DNA from: Eutreptiella sp. 'Long Island Sound 2002'
Taxonomy: Eukaryota; Protista; Euglenida
DNA: 64,000 nt
NCBI GenBank assembly: GCA_964036045.1
Contig: OZ038379.1
Span: forward strand, 13,144,001-13,208,000
Direction: 5' to 3'
Positions 13,141-24,507 of this stretch are shown here, piece by piece. The notes beneath the pieces are model-generated. The model searched no databases. It saw only the letters and a list, made by a program, of their open reading frames with translations, and had not been told where the DNA came from. The translations under genes were made by a program, and so were the position numbers. The first letter of the stretch is position 1. Each line of letters begins with the position of its first letter.

Positions 13141-15379
13141 AGCACACTACACAAGAGCTGGAGGGGCTCAGAGATGTCAGAGGCAGACGGAGTCACACAA
13201 GGAGAGGCTGCCGAATGGCATACACTAGTGGCAGATTGTACCCGGAGAAAAGAACTGCTCTGTGAATGCATGTCGTGAAGGCGGCTCATGATAGAAGGCT
13301 ATCTAGAATCGACGATGCGCTGTTGTATCCAGTTTTCGTTGCGAATACTCTTCCCAGTAGAAAAGGGCTTGAGGTCATAGAACACTGGACAATGCGCATC
13401 CTGAAGCATCAGCGGGCTTGCTACATGGAATAGTCGGAGGGAACGTTGGTTGCAAAGGGTTTTTGGGATGGATGGGGCATGGGGTTGATTTTCGGGAAGG
13501 TTGCGAAAAGCTGTGCTGGCTACGCCCATGCCGTGGAGGCTGTGTGGGGATCACTGGATCACTCGCTGTTCGCTAATGCCATTGGACGTGACCTCACTTG
13601 TCTCAACATCCTCGGGACCGGGCCATCCCTACCTCCGAAACACAAACGCGTACGCAGAGTCCTCGTCCAAGCGGGCCTCCCCCCGACCAGATTTTTCAAA
13701 CATCCCCCATTTCCGGCAATTGGGTTACTTTTTTTGGTGGTCAACGAAGAGGAAAAATGGGAGGAATCCGCACTGTGTGTTGCATTCGCTACCACCGTGT
13801 CCTATCGGACAATCGTAGCAGTGGACAGCTTGAAGTTTGATTCCCAGAGTTGCGTATAGGGGTCCACAGAGCGGGAAGGAGGCAATTTGGCGACATAACC
13901 CCTACCATATCTGGGACGAGCAGAGGTTGTTTATGTTGAGGATGACCTTCTTGCTGTAGCTGTTGCTGTTGTTCTTGTTGTGCTGTATCCCCCCCCCCTC
14001 GTGCCCAAGAACTGCCGTGCAGAAGAACCATCCCCTGTTCCACGGCGCTTCTCATGACACGACATTTTTTTTTTGCACAGAATGGGGTTAAAGGGGGCGC
14101 CCTTAGCGCAGTGCGCGCACAGTCTGGGCGCAGTGCAACTATTTGGGCGTGTAGCTGTACAAAAGACCCATACTTTGTGATACTAGGGGCATCATTGTTG
14201 CCCCTAGCATAGGTTTTTATGCTTCTGGATATGGCATTTTTGGATTTTCTCCCATTTTCACCCCATTCCACCCCTTTTCACACTTTTTTTTCGCTCATCT
14301 TCACAATGGACTCCCACACTTTGGTGTGGGCCCTTGAATTGGGGTGATGGACTCCACGCTTTGGCGTGGCCCCTTGAGTGGACATGACAGACTCCCCGGT
14401 TTTGCCTGCCCACAGTCGAATCCCCTATCCCTGCTAATGAGGATGGGTGGTTCTACCACAAGTCGAAAATAGAGGTTGAACTCGATTCCCTCATGCAAGC
14501 CACTTTGCCCCCCGTTCCGGTTGAGGATGAGGTGGGCACATACGCTGCTTTGGGACTAGCTGGTAGGGTGAGTGAGCTTTCAATTGAACAAAAAAGAGGA
14601 TATGTGTGTGGCTTTCCGCATTTTGCATGATGTCTTATATAAAGGGAAGGTAGCTTGCATTTGTCTTGAGCTAGGGTAGTTTCGGTGACCTAAATCCAGG
14701 GCCGTTTGGGTAGTTGGGGTGGCCTAATTTTGAGGGTGTTTGGAAGGAGTCGGTATGGGGGTTCTTCATAGGGGAATCTAGTCTAAAAGTAGTGCGCAGT
14801 GCGTGCGCAGTGCAAGGATGCCCCCATAGTGGCTGTGGTGGGTGTGGGGCAACAATTCACGCATGACTTTCATGTGTGTTACATGACTATGCATGCATGT
14901 GTGTATTTCGGTGTTCATTTGTCCATGTATGTCACTGTGAGCAAGGAAAGGGACACATCCCCCAGTGCAACGCGCCGGAAAATTATTTTTCTGTGGTAGG
15001 GGCTGCTCATGGTCGCGTGCAAGAACCAACCCCTGGTTCCACGTCACTTTTTGGCTTGTCCAAGACACCATGTTCATGACCCCCTCGGTACACTGGTTCT
15101 GACACAACTATCACTCAAATTGCTTTGATGACTCGCAACCGCTCATAAATTGTCCAATCACAATTCCCTTCCCCACATGTCCGCTCTCCTTCGTCCTTTT
15201 CTCCGCCACTAGATTATGCAGCCACTCTAATGCCTACATTTGGCATGGCAATGTGAATGAATACCATCGGTTAGTGCCCAAGTTATTGATCTTTGCACAA
15301 TTTTGCATTCGGAGGCAGGTCTGTTGCCCCCCCTTGGAGTGTGCTCTAGACGGTGGTATGGGGTGTCAGCCCGTTTTCT

Positions 15380-16400
15380 ATGTTTTCTCCAACCGTTGGC
15401 AGGTTGGCCCACCTGTGGCTTTCTCCCCATTTTCAGCACCCCTACCACAAGTGCAGACGCCACCCCTATCGTGCCATGTTCCCCTCTACTATCCTCACTT
15501 GGGGACCACCACAGTTTGTGTGTTGGCCCCTGCCACTAGTCCACCACTGGCCCGGTTGTATGAGTTTTTCGATTCTGCACTTGGGGCTCATGATTCTTCC
15601 GAGGGGTTTTCTGCATATCATTTGTCCCCTACATTATGGTGTTGCTCTTCTTCCTCATCCCACGGCAGGTTGCAGTCTTGGAGAACCGGGGGGAGGGGGG
15701 GGTTGGGGGGGGAAGAAGGGGAAAGTGCTTTTAGTCGACGCGGCGGAGGATGTCAACTGTTGCTGGGTGGGGGTGGTGGGGGGCACTGGTTCTCCAGGAT
15801 CTTGGTGTGCCCAAAATGGATGTCGTTGCTGCAACAGGCGGAGGTTTTGCCATATATGTGGCCGCAAAAATTGCGGCATATAAACAGTGAGGGAGGTCAC
15901 GGTTGGTGCGGACAGCAACATTGTCGCTGTAGCCACTGGCAAATCAACAAACTGAAGGCAGCATTAATGGGGATGCGCAGCCGTGCATCCTTCAGTGCTC
16001 TTTCTGACTCCAAACATGGAGCAGTTTAAAAATCAGCTTCTTTAAGGTCTGCTCTGCCAACAACCCAGCGGACCCTTTAAGCAGGGTGAGAAGCTTCCCC
16101 ACACGCTGGCTGGCCCAGCAAGAAGCAAAAAAGCGGATGGTGCAATGGGGACAAGCTGCTGACTAGCCGACGTTGCGGCAGGCAGACAGGGCGGGGACAG
16201 GCATGGGGCCATGGAGAATAAACCAATGAAGGCTTCGACTCCTTACATGTCCAAGTGATGGTCAGGGGTCTAGAAAACATGGTGGTGGGGATGAGGAAAT
16301 AATTGTCCTGAATGTATTGGCCCACACACCTCTCGGGATAAATTTGTTTCGGAAGCACAAAATATCACATTGGTTGTGCAATTTGAAGTAGCAGGGATGG
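15380..16400 (-). mobile_element. Decayed Penelope-like retroelement (RT + GIY-YIG) relic
   Basis: Motifs occur in the expected order on the minus strand: CTTNVxF-FRNKF...RGV (~16400-16330), cgc aac gtc ggc resembling RYVD (~16165-16176), LQFVDL (~15945), TVY (~15880), HP (~15825), and CTCG...VGQ (~15455-15404). All are broken by stops or frameshifts. Confidence 0.35.
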
Positions 16401-18720
16401 TTTTGGAGTTGATTTGGTTGGAAGGGTGGCAATGTTCTGGTGTGCTTTGGGGAGGGGGGCTTGGGGCTTGGGGCTAAGGAGTAGGACAGTTGCCCAAAAG
16501 TGGCGCTCCGGGCAAACCCTTCCCCCTAGCTGCGGCCGGGGATGAAAGCAGTGCCTTTGTGTCATGTAAACAGGGCAGCACTGCTCCACTCCTTGCAAAC
16601 GAGACATTAGGGGGGAGCGTCACTGCAGCACCATGAATCCACCGATTTTTTAGCTAGATCGAATTTTTTTCTGTAGAGACCATGTGGTCTAGCAGAGTAC
16701 TGCGTCTGTTTTCCTCTGGCTGACCTGCTTACCTCCATGTGGCTGCCATTCGCTTTCCTTTGAGCTGTGGCCTCCTCCGTGGCTCCCTCTTAGCGCAACA
16801 TCGAGCATTGTTGCCACACGCAGATGCGCTGTGTCTAAGATACCATGGCACACAGGATGTATCAGGCCGGGTGCTGGCGATGCAACTATGTGGTGTGAAT
16901 TACAGCTTTCGGATCTGATTCATTTTGCGGTCAAACCATAGGCACATCTCTTGTGTGACAGCTGTGCATCAACACGAATCATGCACCTGCAACTGTGGCA
17001 TGTGGTGAGGCGGCGTGCTCTTGGCTGCAAGGAACAAATCCGTTGCATTCTTTGCAGTCGACACTGGACAACGTTGCTGCATGCCTCTCTCGTCTGCTGG
17101 TCATCAAGCCAATCTAAAACACGATTTTGGTCCAAGAACCAGTCCATGAGTAGCAGTTTATGACATGGTGAAAGCACCAGTGCATCCAAGGATTCGCATG
17201 TTGTGGCACGACCAAGCTGGATAATCAAGATGGACACATTCAAGTTAATCGAGGCCATCAATGCACAACGCATCGTGGCTAACGACTTGAAGCCCACCTA
17301 TTGAGAGTGCGATTGCAACCAACCCGCAACATACGAGGTGAATGGTGTTGCAACGCGGCTTTGGCAGCAGTACAACCTGATTCCCGTTGAGTCGCGACTG
17401 GCCATCAAAAAAAAGGCAATTCCTCCGGCGAAAATGATGCATGCTTCTCCTCTGCCCTGTCCTGTTTGGAGAGGCATATGCCTCAATGCTGCGCCACGTC
17501 TGGGTATGTTGGGCTGTACCCAAACGACCTACCTTTGTCCACTTGTGATGTTGTTGACCCTGCCTATCAAAAGGACATCTCTGCAGGGCTACATTACCGA
17601 TTAGGCTAGTAGGGTCTGTTGCCGCTCAGATGCACTGCTTTTGCATCAGTGGCTGCGTGCGTTCTTACGTGATTTGATGCCGCCGATCTCTGCGGCCTTT
17701 TTGGAATCCGGCATTTTAGCAAATGTGCAATGGTTGCAAGTCTGCTCCATGCTGGTGACCCTTAGAGAGGAGAAGAGAACGCCTTTGGAAGGGAAGACTG
17801 TTGCCATGAACAAAGCTCGCAGGCAATCTCCTGGAGCAAAGTTTTAAGGCTGGTAGCCTGGTTGGTGTGTCACTACACTATGAATGCCTAGCCACCAGCA
17901 ACACTCAGCAACCGAGTTTAGGGTTAGTTTCTTGGTGTGATGCAAAACGTGGATGGCATCTGCACTCACTAGCATCAGCATCTCTCTGTCCGTCTGTCTG
18001 GGTCACAAGGACCTTGTTTGTTGCTGCAGTAGGGGTCCTTGCGAGATAGATACTTGCAAGCAAGCGCAGCCGGAAACCGTGTAGGCTGCATGTGCCGGGC
18101 ATCGGACCATCGGATGCAGAGCATACACATGGTGTCTGCAGAGGTGAGCGCGATGATGCGCGCAAATCCGAAACTACGTGTGCTGGCGGTTGGCACCCGG
18201 GTCTTGCAGCTGCACTCCGAACGCAATTACGGCTGGACACAGGTCTGTGACTGATGCGCGGCAAAGGGATCGCTGGGGGCACACGGAGAGTGCATACTGG
18301 GCGCATGGTGATGTGTCTCATGTGTCAATCTCCACTTGGGTGTCCCTATCTTGGTTTGCGGCCTGTAGCTGTGCAGAAAATGACAAGTCTAACCTACGTG
18401 CTGGGCTTTAGTTTCTTAACACCAACGTGCAGACAGCGGGCAAGTCGGGCCACAATCCATTAACACCGCTGATATGAGGTGAAAAAGAGAAACACAAATG
18501 TATTACCTAAAAAGTGCCGGTAATGCATGCACCACTCTATTTCCCCTATTCTAAGACAATTGCCCATTTTGGCCACTGCGCATGCCACACATGCGTAGAT
18601 GGATAGGCACCAAAACTGCGTGAGGGGACCAAGAGAACTAATGCACACACCCATAGAGAGAGATAGAGACAAACAGATAGACATACAGACAGACCGACAA
18701 GTAGACAGACACATGAACAG

Positions 18721-20312
18721 ATGAGTAGGCGGGTAGAGAGAGAACGTGGACAGGAATATGCGAATCCGAATCAAGAAAAGGTTGCCATCCAAGCTGAGCT
18801 GCAAAGTACACAAGAGAAGCTTGAGGCCTCAGAGAAGGAGTGTGCACAGCTAAGGGCAGCGCATTATTAGACCATTAGACCATTAGAAGAGGTATGGAGG
18901 GAAAGGTTGGTAGCCTGTCGGCAGTAGGGGAAGGTTGTGCCCTCACAGCCCAGATTGCCTTGGAAGGGCGTAAAGTCTGAATTGGCTTGCAGGGGCATGT
19001 GTGCAGAGGCATCTGGTACCGTCAGTGCGAAGCTGGCGGTCTAGTCATCAAAACAGCGGTCAGGTCATCTCCACTTTGGCTTTCAAAGCGTTTGAGAATG
19101 CCGTCCAGTTGGGGTTGTCATTCCCTCAGTAGCTTCGACAACAGGTCCACCGTCTAGTTTAAGTCTGACGGTCCTTCGTAGCAGGGGGTGGCCACAGGCA
19201 CCAACACGTGTCGGGTTCCCTACTTCATACTAGCTCGGGAAGGCATGGTTGCACGGGATTTCCGGCCCTCTCCCAGTTGACTGGGACTGTAGTTGAGGGT
19301 ACTCCCGCCCCGCAGCTGCCACCACTCACTTTGCAATCCCGCTTGCTTGGTAGTCCCCAACACTGATGATAAGGTAGTGCTAGCCCAGGTCCATAAGCCA
19401 CGTGTCAGGGGGCCAGGTTTAATGGCGGAGGCAATACATGTGCATTGGTGATCTGAGGGTGTATTCGCTGTATGTAGTGTAGGAGGACGCATGGCATGGC
19501 GAAGGGCCTACTTCTCTCCCTACCAAAGTGTGTTGCCTTGCCGGGGGGGGGGGGGGCGGAAGGTGCCTAGTAATCATTCCTTCTTGCACGCCTAGCTTTA
19601 CTGACATTTATTTCTTGTGTCACAGGCTCCTTCACAAGGCCTCAAAGCCCGCAAGACAAGGGAGGGCTACATCTGGGTGGAGGTACCCATGCAAGACGTC
19701 ATTGCTGCACTACCTGATGCCACGAGGAACACCACTAACAGTGGCAGCGACGATGTTGGTGGTGGTTGCAGCACCGGCGATGTAGCCGGCAGTGCGGGTG
19801 GGGGTTGCAGTGTGAGCGAAACCGGTGGGGTTATGGCTGGTACGGCAGATGGTACTGCAGGTGGTACAGGAGGTGAGAGTGGCAGTGTGATGGGTAGCAA
19901 TGGTAGTGCAAGTGGCAATGGCAGTGTAAGCGGCAGCAGTGGCGATGTGGCTCGTATTGTAAGGGGCAATGGCAGTGCACGGGGCAGCACTGGCGACGTG
20001 GCTGGTAGCACGAGTGGGAGCGGTTACGGTAGCAGTAAAGGCAGTGTGAGCAGCATGAGCACCGATATGAAGGATATCATCACGACAGGCAAAAGTGGCG
20101 GTATTGTCGGCCCAAGTGTTGACATAAACAATACATATGCTATCCCGACAGTGAACAGCGTTCCGTATTGTGGCAAGTCTCCTGCCCGGCGGTATTCTGT
20201 AAGAAGGCCAAATGATCCCTACAATCCGTCTCGGCCGGCCTTTTACAATGACTGGTCAACACCAACCCTCATGGACGTGGATCAGTGTGACCCGAATGCT
20301 ATGGCACTCTAG
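18721..20312 (+). pseudogene. Divergent paralog 3 of the coiled-coil + Gly/Ser family; join(18721..18891,19626..20312) with an in-frame TAG at 18868-18870
   Basis: Exon 1 QAELQSTQEKLEASEKECAQLR aligns with DAQMQSMQVKINGLEKQITELK. Donor gag|gtatgg at 18891/18892, TACTGAC branch site and tttcttgtgtcacag| acceptor at 19625. Exon 2 reads APSQGLKARKTREGYIW...PSVDINNTY...PAFYN...MDVDQCDPNA. Confidence 0.6.
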
Positions 20313-23300
20313 GGCATTGGTCAAGCATGTGGCCAAGAAGGTATTGCAAACGCAACATTGAAGTGAAGGGTGCGTGGGGGGTAACGTGATTGGGGAGCAG
20401 CTCGTCCACCATTTGGCCATGTGAGCTTTGTGATGATCCATGCCATCCTACATCCCACCGACAGAGCAACACACATCCATGCCATCAGACATCCGTTGGG
20501 TTGGCTGTTCAATAGGGGCACCAACGCACCATTTCAAAATTGTGTGGGCAGTGTCTCATTTGTGGACCGCGAGGTCAAAGGCCCTGCAGGACGATAGAAA
20601 ATCCAAAATTTTCACTGCGCGATGCCTGCCCGAGATTCTGGAAGTGGTCACCAGCCACCAAGATACCAGGGATTGAGTCGAAATGCAATGCAGGTGCGGG
20701 CAAAATACCATTGAAACGGCTGTTATGGACAGCCACTGGCTGGTTTATGGGGAGCCCGGTTCGAATCTGCGGATCGAACGCGCCCCCATCCGATTTTCCA
20801 TTTTTGGGCGCAGGTATTTTTTCAGAGCATAGAGATTGTGGATGGATGACAGGGTGGGTCGCACCTCCCCTCACGGCCTGCCCCACATCAAGACAATCGT
20901 GCTGCCCCCAACGGCGTACCCAGGCACACGGAAAGGCCCCTCCACATTTAATGGCCCCACATCCCCGTCCTGATACCCGACTCTGTTGGGCCTGTGTGAT
21001 GCCCTCTCTGTCGCACCACAGCCCACCTGCTCTGAGGGCGTAGGGCGGGGGTGAACTGCACAGTGCACAGACAACCCCCGATGGGCACCCTCCAGAGGCA
21101 GAGGCACAGGAATGAAAACCAACTAATCGCTGCCTCATCAGTTTCCCATGGGTGACCTGCGGCAGTGATGTTTGGCCTTGGGGGGGCAGAACGGCTGGGG
21201 GCATACGATGGCAGCAGCCCGGAGCCTGGGTGCAGAGCCATGGAATGGCGGGGTGAGGCGGCATGGTTGTCCGATGCCCTGGCTGACTCATGTCTGCATT
21301 GCAAGGTGCGCTAAGACTGCACGGATCCAGTTAGGACGGAACTCTTGGGCCTACTCGGCAGCTTGCCGGACCCAAACCTCCATAGCCACCAGAGTCCCAT
21401 CCGGACATGTACAGGGAGCGGGCACGGCAAAACCAGCCCCCTGTGGTGGGTGGTCGGGAACTTGGGCTTTCGCAAGGGGGGTGATTAGGTGCATGGGTGG
21501 GGGTTACGCGGTGCAGCCTTGGCAAACTCGGCGTCCGTTTTCTGGGTGACGTTCCTGCTACGCTAATGACTTGCTTCAGATTTGATGTTTGGCCTGACGC
21601 GAAATTTTCATTCAGCTGAGCATCTATCCCGCTCGGGTTTCTTGGGACGCGTGCGCGAGCGTGTGAGTGCAGCAGCACATGACCACGGCCGCCAGGCAGA
21701 CTTAGGGCAGACAAAAAAAGAGCAGATGCTTCAGCTGAGCAGTGGGGATTTAGGAGTTGAACGTCGCAGTAAGAGCATGGTTAAACTTGTCTTGGGCGTC
21801 ACGTCCACATACACACGCGTATGGCGACTTGAGTGACTCAAAAGACAATCAATCGTCCTTTTCTTGGACAAGGCCCCTGTCACCGCACGGTCAAGCATGA
21901 ACGAAACTATTTTTGCACTGCGCGCTCTTTGTGAGAAACCTCCCAAATTGGAGGTGCAGGAAGAATTTTGTTTGTGCGATTGACAGTGCTGCCGTGGTCA
22001 TGATACCGGCAGGGCGGAGTCCGTTCAATTGCCCCTGCCACTTGAGTTGTCCCCTGTGATATCACGGCCCTCCCGTGGGGACTGCAGGTCCCTTCGGCCC
22101 CAACCGCTTTTGTCCTCCAACCGTTCTGTGAAGATTTGAGACCAGCAGTCCACAAACCTCAATCGTGGTTTCTGGTGCGCGCAGGGCAGAAGGGCGTTCA
22201 CTAAGCCTATCACGACCATGGAGCCCCAGTCGAAGTAAATAAGTATCTGCAACCTCGGGGTCGCATGAGCAGTTGTACAGATGTGCAATGTGGGGACCAG
22301 TTCTATGGCATTGATCTGTGCAGATTGGAGCCTCCCTTCGGCTTACCTTCGCGTAACGATGCGCTTTTATGGCCTCGCACCAAAATGTAACATAACCGTG
22401 TTGAGATCTCACCTTCGCAGCAGTCAGACTATGTTCACTGAAAGCAAAACGACAAATCGTCCGCCGCCACTCAATTCGTCCCAAGTGTTGCTCACCGCTT
22501 CCATGCCTCCCAGCTGCAGGGATGAGCGTGGGAACCGTGAATCGGGATCGTGATCAGGATGATCGCTACGACCAACCGCGGCAAGGGCAATGGCAAGGGT
22601 GGCAAGGGTGCGGCAAAGGGGGTTCCAGCCGAAGGCAAGGGGAAGGGGAAGGGCGGGAAGGCCTATCAGTCTGCCCCCAATGGAATGTGGGTCCGAGTCT
22701 GAAATTCGGAAAGATGGAGGGGGGTTGCACAGAAAGCCAAAATGGGGGGAGGGGCGTGAGAGTCGAGGGTACAGTTAGATACAAAGCGTAATCCGAGTGC
22801 TTTGCGCTGCTTCCATTGCCATGGTATCCCTTTGTAGTTTGTATGTCTGTGCTGGTCGCCCCGGTTTATTTGATCGTGGGTGATGGAAATCTATCGAATT
22901 CTGCACAAATTGCGTCAAAAGGTGTGATGCCGAGTTTCAGAACTGAAGTGAAACACTCCATAATTCTTTAACAACCTTCCTCTGCTTATCCGACTGACCT
23001 TTGGAGAGTGGGTCCTGGACAAGGCGCCTACTGGCTGTCCTTTACTGTGATCTACCCCCCCCCCCCCCCCAAGCGCATAAGCCACAGGAATAGTGGGCCA
23101 TTTTGCAGAGTTGTGCTCCCTTACCTGGCGAGCTCCGTCTATTTTTGGTTCCAGACACCGCTGCGCGAGGCACGGCCAAATACAATGGAACTGTGCTATC
23201 CAGGCAAATTGTATGAGCGTCTCTATATGGACAGGCCATGGCAAAACACACTGCCTACCAGCTTTGCATTTGCTCTTGTAGATAGTGCAGTTTCTCTTGG

Positions 23301-24413
23301 TTGGACTTCGGCTCGCCACGAACGCTCCTTTGCCAGTGGCTACACCGCTTTTGGGTTATGCTTGCCGGGGGTGCACCCCTAGGGCATCAAACAACAAGCC
23401 ATGGCATGCACAGCCTCAGTGCCATAATACCACAGCTGGCACTTGCCCAGATCATTGGGTTTTCTTGAAATTTGCCGTTTGAGGACGTTTCAAAGTTGTG
23501 TACAGAGTGGGTGGTCAGTCTATCAGCAACAACCGTTATCCATTGCTGCCATTCACCCATCAGTCGGCACCCTTGGCCTTCTTTGCATTTCCAGCCAGGT
23601 TGTTGCATGTATGCGCTTGCGCACGTGTGCGCGGGAGAATTAGCTGTTTTTTTTTTGTAATTAAACCGCTTGGAACAAATGTATTGGAACAGGGTCCCTC
23701 CCCATGCAACAAGAGAATGACCTACAGACAGAGGAGGGGAGATGGCTCGTTGCATCTGATCATCCGTTTTTCTATTTTGTCCGAATAAGCAGTGCTCATG
23801 GCGCATTTGTGCATACAAGGTACGGTACAAATATTCTGTATGTGTAGGGTGCAAAGGGTGCACCAGCTGACACACAGGAAGCCTTCGACCACTTTTCTTG
23901 CTAAATACTTTTTCTTTAGGTATACCTTTGGAGCAAGTTCAAAAGGTAACATCCCTTGAACAATTTGAGCACCCAAAAAGCTCCTTTGTTTGAATGAGCA
24001 TCTTTGTGTGCAAGCATAGTTAGAGGTGGATAGTTTGAGCAGCTAAACCAGGCTTCTATGAACTCAAAATGCAAAAAATCTCAGAGATAGCGATTTGGGT
24101 TGCCGCGATCACAACAGAGATCATTGGTGACCGGTAGACTGCAAACGAGAGTTTCAGATCCACTAATGCTTGAACACCTATCTTCAAGGAAATCAAGTTC
24201 AACAACATTCTAAAATTCTGGACTGAAACCTGAAGACTCTGTCTACAGCAGATACACAATACTCAGTGTCAATACACTGAGCACGTCGAGCATCTTTTAG
24301 GGCCTATTCCACACCCATGACCATTTCCACCACCTCTTTTTCTTTGATTCATCCTTTGAATTCATAATTTACAGATTTGAGTGGCCCTTTGAGTTGAGCC
24401 CAACTTGAGATAA

Positions 24414-24507
24414 TGCTATAGTTTCGAGCAGCAGCAGAGCAACGAGCGCGCGAATTTGTTAACAAGTTCACGCGCTCGCTGCTCTGCTGCTGCTCGAAGC
24501 CATAGCA
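24414..24507. other. 94-bp near-perfect palindrome with no loop
   Basis: Centred at 24460/24461 (ttgtt|aacaa). The inner 38-bp arms have 3 mismatches, and pairing extends to tgctat/atagca. Confidence 0.9.

Larger units (their letters stand above)
8403..13925. repeat. Tandem segmental duplication, copy 2
   Basis: Matches 1-6440. It has extra blocks at ~9001-9340 and ~9853-10069 and lacks ~3018-3320 and the 4962-6218 element. Confidence 0.95.

Noticed and set aside
20755-20772. GGTTCGAATC B-box-like motif
   Set aside because: No A-box at suitable spacing and no cloverleaf.
22900-24260. Second LINE RT (GIKQ...) and hAT dimerisation (KVFS...RRL) motif guesses
   Set aside because: Single short motifs without supporting neighbours in the right order, so indistinguishable from chance.
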